DNA of 64,000 bases from Lingula anatina (lineage: Eukaryota > Animalia > Brachiopoda): positions 67,434,788 through 67,498,787 of the forward strand of contig CM120640.1 in assembly GCA_051362555.1 (NCBI GenBank), written 5' to 3'. A program made the translations under genes and the position numbers. The notes beneath the pieces are model-generated. The model had not been told where the DNA came from and ran no database searches. It worked only from the letters and a program-made list of their open reading frames with translations. Each line of letters starts with the position of its first letter. Within the stretch, counting starts at the first letter, position 1. Below are positions 1 through 11,961 of this stretch, in pieces.

Positions 1-3000
1 TGCATCTACTTGTACTTCGAAGAGAAGGTGAGGACTCAATAACACTTAACAGAGTAATATAACTATCATTCCTCTTCAATATTTGGCCTTGATCTTAAAA
101 TTTTGAAATAGGATTAAACATGGTGCATCCTAACAAAATGTAAAAATGATTAATTAGTATTTTTATTTATTTAGATTGTTCGTTTATTTAATCCTCCCCC
201 TTTTTTTTTGGGGGGGGGTAGTAACTTCACCATCAATGTTTTTTTATTAATTTTAAATTTTTTAAGGATATATGAGTATAGATCAACAAACAAATTAGCC
301 TTAAGTAAATAAAAACAATGCATTGAGAATGCATCCTGATTAAAGTGTTCTTAAGGTTTTCTTTCTCAAAAGCTTAGCCCTTGACCTGTTGTTCACATTT
401 ATTCCTAAGAGAGAACTTGTCAAGATGTCCGTCAATTATTCTCTATTCCCAATACAATTAAAGTAGGGATTATTGCCAATTGATTAGAGCCGACCAATTT
501 TATCTGTCCAGTGATATTGGTAATATCATCATGGCAAGGACAATTGCCCAAGTGCCAGTTGAGTACCGTATAAAGATCTCTGTTAAGTCAGGGACTGGAG
601 AGTTGCAGGAGCCATTACTATCATTTGATTGGATTTGTTATAGGATGATTATGATAATTCTTGATTGTAAGGATCACTGATGCTGAATTTATTGGTCATT
701 AACTCATTTAATACTGCTGTAATTATCCATATTTATATTCATGAGTTTGCCCTGAGCATTTAAGCTTTTGGGTTAAAAGATTGCATGATGTGTTATGCAG
801 TATGCCATAGAAACTGGTCAGGCCAATCTGCTTTGAAATTTTCCAATTTTTTTTTTTGTTGGAAATGTAAATGTCTGCACAGAGGGCATCCTAACTACCA
901 TTACTCTCAGCTCAGATGTTTGCACAGACACATGAGGAATACTGGTACCAGCTGCGATGTGATGATCTTTCACATACACCCATAATGTTTAGATATCTTC
1001 CTGTAGCATATTTCATGATAGGCATTGAGTTTTGGCATTATGAAAATACATATGTCTCCCTCTGTGTTGATATTTATATCTGCCCTCCTGAAGGTCATAG
1101 TGCATGACAGGGAGAACACAGAGGGTGAAGAGGGCATAGAGTGCATGGCAGGAAGGTCCGGGTTGAACTGTTAAAAAAACCTTTACAATTAACCTTTTTA
1201 TTAACGATGAAACATAGACTAAATATTGGTCATTTTAGTGTGTTATTTTGATGAATATATAGTGGTAGTTTGATAGGATACTTTACAGGGTTTTTTTTAA
1301 TTTAATTATGATAGGCTGTAATGACTTGAGGAAAACTTCTTGCACAAATACATGCAGTTAAATTACTTTTACTTTAGTGTAGTTAAATACTGTAGTGGTT
1401 ATACTGCCGCTATTTTTTCCTGGACTGCATATAAAACTTAGACTGGAAGAAAATTTCTTTCTGGCATTTCAAAACAAAATATGCTGTTTGAAGGTTGGTC
1501 AACATTTGACCAAAGAAGAATGCTGGTAGCACAAAGTTTCCATTTCAAAAAGAGCATTACATGTATTGATAGTCTTGTGCATTTATGTAAAATTGATTAG
1601 TATCTTGATGGAGCAGTAATTGCTCAGTAACTTTTTGTCAAATTGGCTATGGGTTCTATTTGATTGAAGACGAGTGTTCAAGTGGGACATTTTATAGATA
1701 TCATAACCCTTACAGTTGTTACTGTTAATGTTATGGTTCACTGTCAGTATGTTACTAAATATATATTATGTCCTGAATTGCAATTTCCCCAGCGATTTTG
1801 TTCCAGTTGAGCTCAGTTCACGGGCTCAGGACAATCAGTATTGGGCCCTGAAATGCTAACTTTGTTTTTTAATTCAAGAAAACCGCCCAAAATATTTATA
1901 TGCATCAAGTGCACTGTTAAGAAATTGACCAATATCTGATCATATTTATCTGGGGACCTTGCACAAAGAATGGTATTTCGGAATTTATTGATTCTTGGAA
2001 GCCAATGAATATATTGAAATCAAAAAATATTTTTGGTCTCGTCTTACTTTATTTGCGATGATGAAGTTTGGTCACACAAATTTCACAAACAGTTCATTGT
2101 TGTCAAAAAGCAGAAACATAAATTGGCAATTAAATTCTCCAGTCACCACCATGCCATGCTTCTTGGAACAATGCACATCTCAATTGGTAGTTAAAAGCTT
2201 ATACGTGTAGTCTTATTCCCCTGAGGAGATTGTGACAGCAAGAGTTTTGCAGTAAAAGATGAAAATTGAAGGATTGGTTAATTCTTTTTTTCTATTGTCT
2301 AATATTTGTAGGAGTGAACATGTTATTTGTTTGGGATAAGCATAAATTTGCTATCCATAAACATGGTGCCTTTGCAAATAGGTTTTGCACTTAAAGGTCT
2401 GTGAGATCATTTTGAAAGTCACTGAACATGATAAGTTCAGATATAGGTCTAAGATCTTTTTGCACCCACAATTTTATATTTGCTACTCATGTGTCTTCTG
2501 AGTGCAAACTTTCACCTGATTTATTGCTGGAACCTCATTAGTCATCAGAGTAGGGGGTACCTGGTGTATTCAGTCCTACACATTTTGGAACTCACATTTG
2601 TTGACTTCCATGCGCAAAGGTTTTCTCTGTTCTTCTTATTAATCATGGCAGCAACTTATGGTGTTCATAAGAAGCAGCCGTGATATTATTTATCAAAGTA
2701 ATGTATGTACTAGTTGATGATACATGATCTTGAGGCATGGCAGGTGTTAATGACTTCGTCTCCTAATTGATGTCCAAGTCCAGTCATTGTTATGAAAGGA
2801 CACATTTTCTTGAAAAGAAATCGGTATTAAGTGGAAACAATAAAACTCAACTTAATATATGATTCTGCTTGTGGATCACATGAAATTATGAGAGTGACAG
2901 ATCTATTTCTGAATTTCACATATCACTTGAACAGATCTGCCATCTGGTGGATTTTTAATTTACAGTATGTGGACAGTTAGAGTCAATACAAAAAACAACA

Positions 3001-4588
3001 TAACACTTGATTACATTTTTAAACATAGTTAAGTACTAAGCTGTTATTCATTAGCTTTATTGAATAGCATGACAGAATAATTTAGAAAATTTTTGAAAAG
3101 GTGCCATAAGTATACATAAACATCTCTGTTCTATTCTCCAGGTAACCTAGAAGACCAGTTGTAAGAGATTTGTGTACATGGGAGAGAGCTGAATATAGAA
3201 CCACTAGGTAACCATGGTGACAATCAGGATCCAAAGATAAACAGGAGTTTTTGAGAAGATAGATTCCCTGACAAGCATAAATATAATGATATATTTTAAA
3301 CAAAAGCAATATTTAACCTGTATAATTGAAAGCAAAGAGACAGCTGATTTGTGCTTATTTACTCTTAATGAAAGCAATACCAGAGAGATGTTGCTGTATA
3401 TATGTAATGACATGAAAGCGTGACTCCTAGAATTATATATTCATTGCATTGTATGTGCCAGGGTCACTGAGGCAAACATGGACACATGGTGTTTAAAAGA
3501 ACAAAGTTGTTACATTGCTGAGTAGGTGAAAGAGAGGATGTGTTAATTTTGTGATATTACTCTAGAGCAGGTTGTTGAACAGGTAATTCTAGATAAGAGC
3601 TTTGTGACCAGATCCAACTAAAAACTTCCCTTAGCAAAATCTCAGACCTGCTGCAAATTTGCAAACTCCTGCAAACACGTTGCTGCAAACTAAAAGTTTT
3701 TCGTTGTTCAATTGGAATCCAATTATTTTTGCTTGGTTTCAATAGGCCATGTATATAAAATAACGTTTTGGGGGGAAGGGGTTGTTGCCCTTGCTTTGGT
3801 GGTGATTTTTTCATTTGTTAAAGGCAGTCAAATGACCAAATCTAATCCCACCAAAAGGGCTAAATTGAGGGTGGCATGTAAATGCAATAAGGCAAAGGTT
3901 TTCAGTCTTCCGACAAGGTCATGACCCCCCTTCTTCCTAGTCGAGCTCCATCACGCTATACAATTTCTAGGGGGAATAGAGGAAGTATTAAAACCGGCCC
4001 TCTTCTCTGTCATAGTGCTTTAACTGAGTTTTATTAAAGTGCCGTTAGTTCTTGGTAAATGTCACACTTTCGTGTTTATCTTGTTAAAGTGATGCCACTC
4101 CGAGGGAGGGTTCTGTCTGTGCTGTGAAGGACGTAATTAAGTTTAATGTCAACAGGGAAATTTTACCTCGTTCATTTTGCGAGTTTAATGTGGCGTCTGA
4201 TCTTGCTTGTTTAATTGGATGAGTGATTGCCGCTGGCTCTCTACACAAGTGATCTGAAATAACATTTTGTCTTAATAGCATATAAATGAAATGGTAATAA
4301 TTAACTGTTTTTGTTCCATGAAGTTCAGTCAGTATTTCGAACATGTGGACCATAAGCGTTTGTGCTTCTTAGAAAGTTAGCGCCGTTAAATATCCAAGAA
4401 AGTGTAAGCCTGTGTATTGTGCTCATTTATATATGACATTCCAAAACTTTTGAAATGCAAATTTTTTGTTTTTGTTTGCTTAAATTGCATTTCAATGTAA
4501 ATATAAACCCGTTAAGTCAATTTCTAAATTTTTAAAACGAAGATAATTTAGATCAACTTAAAACCGTACGTGCGTGTCGTCTGTTTTT

Positions 4589-4806
4589 AGCCCCGTTTAC
4601 ACTGGACGGCGTCCTTCCTTCATCCCGTAGTACGACCCCGTTTGAGAGTAAAAAATCGTACTTTACATGTCGACAACTAGCTGATCATTGAGCATTCATT
4701 CTGCAACCAAAGCTATGCTTTTGCCTCCTTTCTACGACCACAGCGATGCCAATTTCATGGTCGCACAAAGGACGCAGGAAGGACGCCGTCCAGTGTAAAG
4801 GGGGGT
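4589..4806. mobile_element. MITE copy A, PIF/Harbinger-like non-autonomous DNA transposon
   Basis: Terminal inverted repeats CCCCGTTTACACTGGACGGCGTCC ... GGACGCCGTCCAGTGTAAAGGGGG; flanks TTT/TTA (imperfect TWA-type TSD); no ORF. The superfamily is inferred from the TSD and TIR style. Confidence 0.75.
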
Positions 4807-4848
4807 TTACAAGTATCTGTACATTGGATTTGCAACTAATGTCATTTA

Positions 4849-5071
4849 TACCCCCTTTACACTGGACGGCGTCCTTTCTGCGTCCTTTCTGCGACCATGA
4901 AATTTGGCATCGCTGTGGTCTTAATAAGGAGGCACGAGCATTGATTTGGTATCAGAATGAATGCTCAATGGTCGGCCAGTTGTCGACACGTAAAGTATTA
5001 TAATTCTTTAACTCTCAAATGGGGCCGAACTGCTGGACGCAGAAGGGACGCCGTCCAGTGTAAAGGGGGTT
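4849..5071. mobile_element. MITE copy B, same family as 4589-4806, opposite orientation
   Basis: TIR ACCCCCTTTACACTGGACGGCGTCC ... GGACGCCGTCCAGTGTAAAGGGGGT; TTA on both sides (4846-4848, 5072-5074); the interior is a diverged reverse complement of copy A. Confidence 0.8.
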
Positions 5072-8022
5072 TTAGTCAGTTTAGAATAGTTTCTAATTCA
5101 ATTAGATGGTGTTACGAATAATACATTGCGTGATCTGATAAAATGATTGAAGGGTGCGAGATGTGCCAACGGAGAACATTAAGCCGTTGAGCAAACTCGT
5201 GTCATTGAGTTTGGCTGTTTAACTTGATTAATAAGTAAAAAAAATATCCAGGTAGTGAAGATTCCGTATAGCTGTACTTGTCAGGTATGACAAAGTCCAC
5301 GGGAAACCTGTATTCACAGTATGTGTAATTGTTGACAGGAACATGATGTATTGTTGAGTATTTGAGAGAATACTTGCTAGACCTTGCCTCTGGCTATACA
5401 CAAAGAAATTAGCTCTGCATTGCGGGATGACCTTATTAGTTGACAAGGTCTAGTATTGAAATGTGAAGGTTTTAAACAACTGCTTTCCTAGCCTGAATAT
5501 TATTTCATTGCAACATTTTCATTTCATTTATTAGTTTACTGTTTAAAAATATCTTACCAAACAATTCACCAAATGTGCCAATAAAAATATGCCTAACAAA
5601 GATCATTCATAATTTGATATCATTTATTATTGTTAAATTACTATATATTTCTGTATTAAAATTTTACGAATGATATGGATAATATATTATATGAAAATAA
5701 ATGATAACAAAAATAGAGCGTTGTCTTCGAAAGGGAGTGTTGCCTGTAAACCTTGTTATAAACTCACATGAGGATGCATGCTGGTGCGTGTAAATTGATT
5801 ATTAACGAAAAGCAGAGCATTGCAATCCGCTCAAGTACCGGCGACCAGTCCGTGTAATATGTACTAAGCAATTTTAGCAGATCTCGATGATTGATTCATA
5901 GCCTCAGTAAAACTATAGATAGCTGATTGAAATACTGATAGGGAAAGGAACTCGTTAATCACTGTCGTGCAAAAATACATCCAAGTACGGGATGATTATT
6001 TGGTTGACTTACAATAAGGTTAAATGAGCCTCGGTAATATTCCTTGCTTAACTGTATCTCCAGTCTGGCATGCCGCGCTATCTTTCACGCTTTGTAAGTT
6101 GATTTTATCAATGCATTACAAGTGACAATCTTTGCAAAAGTCGGAAAGACATTTGTCAGGATGGCCTGAGATTTTCTTGAAGGGATCCCCATTAAGAGAG
6201 ATTTAAAAGCGAATGCTTTTCCATTATCTCTAACACGTTATGCAATAAATGATCAAGTTTGGAGTGAAGAGAACTAAAGCTGAACAACATACTGATAAAC
6301 AAAATGCTTCTTTCGTTTCGTGGGTCAAACACCGTGCTGGTTTTGGTATATTCATTACCAAAATTGTAAACCTTATTATCAGAGATAAGAAAGCAGACAT
6401 CCCATAGAGTGTTTATCATGTAGATCTCGACCTTAACAGTTCAAATGTCGATGATCTGTGTGGTGAAACCGACCGGGAATTCAGACTACCAAGGAGCAAT
6501 TGCCTCTCAGATTATACAACAAGATGGTCATTCATCATAATGGCAATTTGTGTTAAGGCAGCGCCATGATCAGTAAATCGAATGAAGATTGGTTTTATAT
6601 GAAAGATTAAATGAATAGCAAGACAATTCCGAGCCGACGGAATGTATTACCCGTGCTTATCGACTGGTTCTGTAATGGCAGACTGAGCGTTCATGGCAGT
6701 GAATGGGGCACACTTCATTAAATGATACTAAGTATATTTCGTTTCAAATCTGAAAACGTTTTCGAATTATGGAATCAAACGATTCCAATTGAAAACAGGT
6801 TCCGTGGCATATCTGTGTTTGCTGCTCCAAAATATAACCATCTTTTCAATATTAAAAATTTTCCTGTTCATCAGTTTTAATTTCACTGCATAACTGTGCA
6901 CATTAAGTATTTTACATATATACATACCTTTTCAAATGCCATAGTGCTAACATTACAGCATCTCCTCTGAAACCATTTTATACGCTTATGAGATATAAAA
7001 GGCAGGACATTCAGTTTATGCTGACAAAATCGCACAGCAATGTACAAAATTTATATAACAGTAGTAAGTAGACCAAAGGTGAAATCAAAGGTAAAAGTTT
7101 GATTTGCCATATGGTTTCCAATTCTAATAGCATTAATATTGGTATATCCCTTCAGTTTTGAAGACCTGAGTTCTTGAAATTGAAAAGAAATGCACTTCAG
7201 TGTAAAAGAAAGGTAAAAAGTCAGATTAAAGGTCATGGTTTCCATGTCAAGCTCAGAATAAACCATGGGCGAAGCCCTTCCAGTTTTGGAGAACTGAGAA
7301 TTTGAAGAACGCTAAAATCTGATGATGCCCATTTTCGAACTTATTTCAAGAGAGAAATCCTTGTGAATTTGAAGCAAAATGGTAATATTTCTGCTCAGAT
7401 GTTTCGCCAACAAGAAATATGCCTGGTTACAGTTCCCGTTCTGGCGACACGGATAGACACAGGTGATTGCAATATATAGAGACACCCACACATATGTTCA
7501 AAATAAAAGAGCAAGAAGCATGCAAAGGAAACCATGACTGATGCTGGTTCACCACGCTTAAAGACCCGGTGGACCCGGCAGCACTTGAAAGCCTATACGT
7601 ATCACTGGATACTGTATGGTTTTGACTGAATGAATCTGGAGATTAGCTATTTCACAGTTTAGCGCGTGTTCGAGTGCGCATACCTCTCGGGGATCACTTT
7701 TTAGACTGGGGTGTTTCTGTCTATGAATGGGGCACTTTAAAAAGATTTTAGCTTATTGTTTCAGGAAACGTCAACGCCGTCAGATACCGTGATAATAAGC
7801 ATTTTCATTTGATATCATTCGCTTGAGATATTTCCCTGTGTAATTCCTGACTACAGCAATTCAATATAACTTCTGCCACACGTATACCATTAGCACAAAG
7901 CTCCTATAAAGGAACGGTCATTAAGGAGTTCCCCCAAAAAATCGAATGCAGGATCTGTGAGTTGAGTAATAAAGTGCTGAAAGGAAATAACTTCTGAAAT
8001 TTAGATGAATAACGATGTCTTT

Positions 8023-8312
8023 GGCCCCATTCAGAATGGATGATCCGAGTACTTACTGATCCGCCGACTAAATATGTCCGACCACAGTTCAAAAGCGATG
8101 CCGCTGATTTCTGATGGTCTCCCCGCATCCACACGTGCCGTCACTGCAGGGGCCTGACAATTAAAACTCGGAACAGAGATTTAATCCGTTTAAAGGCACG
8201 TTGTGGAGTTGGGGAGACCATCAAGAATAAGCGGCATCGCCTTTGAACTATGTCCGGCCATATTTAATCGGCGGATCAGTAAGCACTTGGATCATCCATT
8301 CTGAATGGAGCC
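8023..8312. mobile_element. Fold-back MITE with ~115-bp imperfect terminal inverted repeats
   Basis: GGCCCCATTCAGAATGGATGATCCGAGTACTTACTGATCCGCCGA... pairs with ...TCGGCGGATCAGTAAGCACTTGGATCATCCATTCTGAATGGAGCC; TTT on both flanks. Confidence 0.8.
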
Positions 8313-9743
8313 TTTAGTGAACATATTTCACGCGTCCAGTGGACATACCGGTGTGACAGGAATAGTAGTCCTCTAGGGACAGGAGTCCGTTGTACAGGTG
8401 ATATTCGACCCATAAAACGTACATAAATGTTTACGAAAAGTGCACTAAAATTAATTAGGATTAGGCTGTCTTCTACACTGCAACAATCTATATTTTAGTT
8501 TCAGGCCTATTTATCCCAGAAGCTTCCATTCTCAGGGGGCCTTCACAAAACAAATAAAAGGACAAACATGTTGTGTGTTGTATGTACGCCTTTTTCATCT
8601 TTTGTGACATAACTGTTCGTTTATTACATGTCTTTATCAATCTGAATCGAAAATCACACGTCGCCAGGTGCACCAGCCACTTTAGGCAACAAAAATGTTC
8701 CGTGATAGGGCTCAAGTCGCGCTTGTTAAAACCTTCACCAACTGAAAGATTCGGCTTACGAATAAATTGGGCCGAATGCTTTTTTAATCAAACTGTCGAG
8801 GAAATCGAGAAGCTATCTTTTATTATGCATACATTGGAAGCGTACTGCAGCTTAAAGGTTATGCGGACAAATACCTAGATATGGATCCGGTTGCAATATC
8901 CTCCCAAGATTGTCCAAGTCGCAAGGATAATAGCACGAATACGTTGATCCTTTGCAGAATCTAATGTTACATTCGACCCCAGTACCAGCGAGGATCTATA
9001 AATATCTAAGCCCTGATTAAGGTGAATACCATTTTATAATAACTCATGTGCCCCCTGGGTTTTGGGAGGTAGACAAATGCAATGTATAAAATCCATGCAG
9101 TCTCACCGATCTTCGTTATTGGATAAGAAAAAAGACTGACGATGTAGCGTGAAACTTTGAATATATTAGAACATTTCTGTTAAGCAATAGGCCAAACCAC
9201 GTGCACTTTAGTTACATTTGGTACGTACACACAAAAAACACATATGTAATTTTTTCATGCTGATTCCGTTTACCCTTTGCGAACTTGTCGATAAAATGAA
9301 CATATGTACATGGAGATATACAACATCTGACAATTAACACAGGAAATATACTTTTGTCAAACTTGTATGTGGCAATTTTATAGAGCTTTCGAACTGTTTT
9401 AAGGTCCACAGATAAAATGTGCTCTGTTCAGCCCATTGAAAGAGTTTAATCTCACAAAGGCTCGTGTTCATGTGTATTTGACAACGATGACACGAATATA
9501 TACGTCTTTTGGCCGAAGAAGCTTTTTGACCTATGAATAAAGTAACGAGTTCCATTCAGTTTTTTTCCGCTTATGGTCAATAAAATCTATAGCGATCTGA
9601 GTTCGCAGTCAGGTGTTGAAAAGAAGCGAATCAAAGCATCCCCTGTAAGGCAAAAGACCTGTATGCCACAATGTAGCCACGTTCATGGAGCAGTGCGTTA
9701 TATATGTATATATTTTCAAAATCCCCTTGTGCTTTGAAATGTT

Positions 9744-10267
9744 TCAGACATGGTCAATTTTACCATCAGCTAGAGATTTGTTAGTGGCCCTAGCCAGTAA
9801 CGGTTTGATTGTTTGATCATCCAAACACGTAGAATTTTGGGTGAGAAAAGTTTCCTTTGGACATTTATGTAAGTTAGTGTTCAATGAATCTCTGCTCTTC
9901 CTTTGATCTCGCAAAGCTTCGCGAGATAGAAAAGTATCCCGCGTACCCATATTTGGCGCCAAAAGAGCGGAAGAACTGTCTTGTTTTGCATGCTGGTGAC
10001 CTCTCGATCCGCTAAAATTATGGTGTCCGAATACTGTGGTTCGAGAATTGTTTCGGGGTGATTCTGTGTACATACTTGTAGAAAAAGTACGTCTGAAACT
10101 GTTCATTGGAAACCGACTTCCGGAACCAAGGCTTCCTCTCGCCATTCGTGGATTCTTACGCACACAGTTGGATCCATGACATAAATTTTTGAACGCTTCA
10201 CGATATTTCTTTGACATGACGTTGTACAGTATAGGGTTAACTGTTGAGCTGACAAAATAAAGCACAC
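9744..10267 (-). CDS. Neuromedin U/pyrokinin/CAPA-type neuropeptide GPCR, exon 4 (TM7 and C-tail, stop)
   Basis: Acceptor TTTCCAG|GT at 10268/10267 in phase 1; encodes GVLYFVSSTVNPILYNVMSKKYREAF (NPxxY and helix 8), then a long Ser/Thr-rich tail to TGA. The four exons sum to 424+579+126+524=1653 nt = 550 aa plus stop. Confidence 0.93.
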
Positions 10268-10323
10268 CTGGAAATATATTTGTAGTAAATTGAAAATGGA
10301 GCAGATTTCAACAATTGTTCAAT

Positions 10324-10499
10324 CGGGGGCGTCTCGATAGTCCGAAGGTTCATTGGTCCGAAGGTTCATTGGTCCGAAAAGTGGTAACATTTTCATCGAT
10401 TTTTTAATCAAGTGTTCAATGGTCCGAAGGTTCTATAATGAATATTCGGACCAATGAACCTTCGGACAATTGAACCTTCGGACTATTGCTACGGTCCCG
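10324..10499. mobile_element. 176-bp MITE with CGG...CCG ends, 15-bp subterminal repeats and a 6-bp TSD, in GPCR intron 3
   Basis: Left arm has tandem GTCCGAAGGTTCATTG units, right arm has the inverted units (TTCGGACCAATGAACCTTCGGAC); TTCAAT duplicated at 10318-10323 and 10500-10505. Confidence 0.85.
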
Positions 10500-10705
10500 T
10501 TCAATCACTGATGACGGGGGAACTTTCCCAGGGCCTGCCAATTAATAACAATTTAAATCGTATTATATCAAACTCGTATCTCTTTACCTTACTTTTAATG
10601 TTTCCTCTTTTTCTTATTCCTGAAAAAGGAGGGTGTAAGCGACACGATTAATACTTGAGAATGTTATTTGTGCTTTATTTGTCCAATGAACTATACTGTA
10701 TTTAC

Positions 10706-10831
10706 CTGATATATAGTAGAGATGGCTGTGCACCTTGTGAAGGACAGATGTCCACTTGGTAACATACAGCGTCATCAAGCGTTGACAGTGGTATGGTGCA
10801 AAACACACAAAGAAACCTATGACTACGGCCA
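10706..10831 (-). CDS. Neuromedin U/pyrokinin/CAPA-type GPCR, exon 3 (TM6 and ECL3)
   Basis: Acceptor TTTTCAG|TG, donor CAG|GTAAAT; 126 nt, phase 1-1; encodes VAVVIGFFVCFAPYHCQRLMTLYV...HLYYIS, matching the family TM6 motif FFxCWAPFHxQRL. Confidence 0.93.
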
Positions 10832-11847
10832 CTGAAAATGTACAGAAAATTATATAGGATGTAGGATCGTTACAAATGATACTGTTCATTATAGGCACGT
10901 TTAATTATTTCTTTAAAATGTCAGTAATAACACAAAACATCTACAAAAATGGGATTGGCATTTATAGCTTATATCATTGCTTTTCTATTGAAACGATTTT
11001 ATAGACTCGAAAATTTGCTAAATGAAAGACAAAGTGATTCTAACGAGTAAAGAGGTCGAATATACACTATATCATTCAGATTCCCATTTCTGTCACTCGC
11101 AAGAACAAAGAACGGGCACACCTGTCAATAGACATGCACACCACGTAACCAAAGTAACAGAGTCGCAAACAAAAGCAGATGTACAACGCCAAACAATAGA
11201 CGCAAAAGCAGCTGGGAGTTCGCGCTTAGTGCGCGGGACCAACGCAAGGAGATTTGGGGGAGGGGGTTAAAGAAAATGTTTGAAACAGAGGGTACGTCAA
11301 GGGATAGTTTGGAGTGTTAAACATAAGAAACAAAAGCAGCGTTGCCTCCAATTATAGAGATAGAATAGAGGCATACAATAGCAAATAAATGGCAGACAAT
11401 TAAACATGCATAAAAAGGTGACCGTATAATTACATGTATATGGGGTGACTTACTAACATTTTTAAAACTTCTCTACCCCGGGTAAAAATCGGGATGACGA
11501 GCAAGTAAATATGAAACTCAAACACAAAAAATAACGACAGCACAGGAGGAAAATAGTTCTAAAATAACTGGAATAAAAGTTATCTATATCCCTCGTACAA
11601 TACGGCATATGCTCGCTCTGGTGTTTTTTAAACCGAGCTGCGTATGAGACATGCATTCAAATCACGATATGTTTGTGACTGTCGACTTTTGGCTTGGGGG
11701 ACGGAGGACCAAGTCCAGCCATTAGTGGTACGTGACAACTTTTTTCTACGCATTAGTTTTGGGGCAGAAGCTGGGGACTTGCCATATGCACTTCATTGTA
11801 TTGTACGAGAAGGACAGTAAAACCAAACCGTAAGAGACACGACATGC

Positions 11848-11961
11848 CTAAATAGAGGTGTAAGGATGCGGCATCGGCTCTGCGGGCTGCTCCTGTAGTG
11901 GGCTTGGAGGAGTCAATGCGCTTCGGGTTATCGCCGCTGGTGCTTTCTTTTTTAGCGCGAC
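11848..11961 (-). other. Candidate alternative cassette exon of the GPCR (38 aa, intracellular loop 3)
   Basis: Acceptor TATTTCCTGTAG|GT, non-canonical donor TAG|GCATGT, 114 nt, stop-free in the phase-1 frame, GC-rich relative to the surrounding intron. Confidence 0.45.

Noticed and set aside
1-4500. Short ORFs in a T-rich region that might be the 3' UTR of a neighbouring gene
   Set aside because: No recognisable protein motifs or consistent exon structure; cannot be assigned from sequence alone.
10335-10485. Short regularly repeated motif resembling a CRISPR array
   Set aside because: Units are adjacent without unique spacers, invert halfway and are bounded by a TSD; eukaryotic context with no cas genes.
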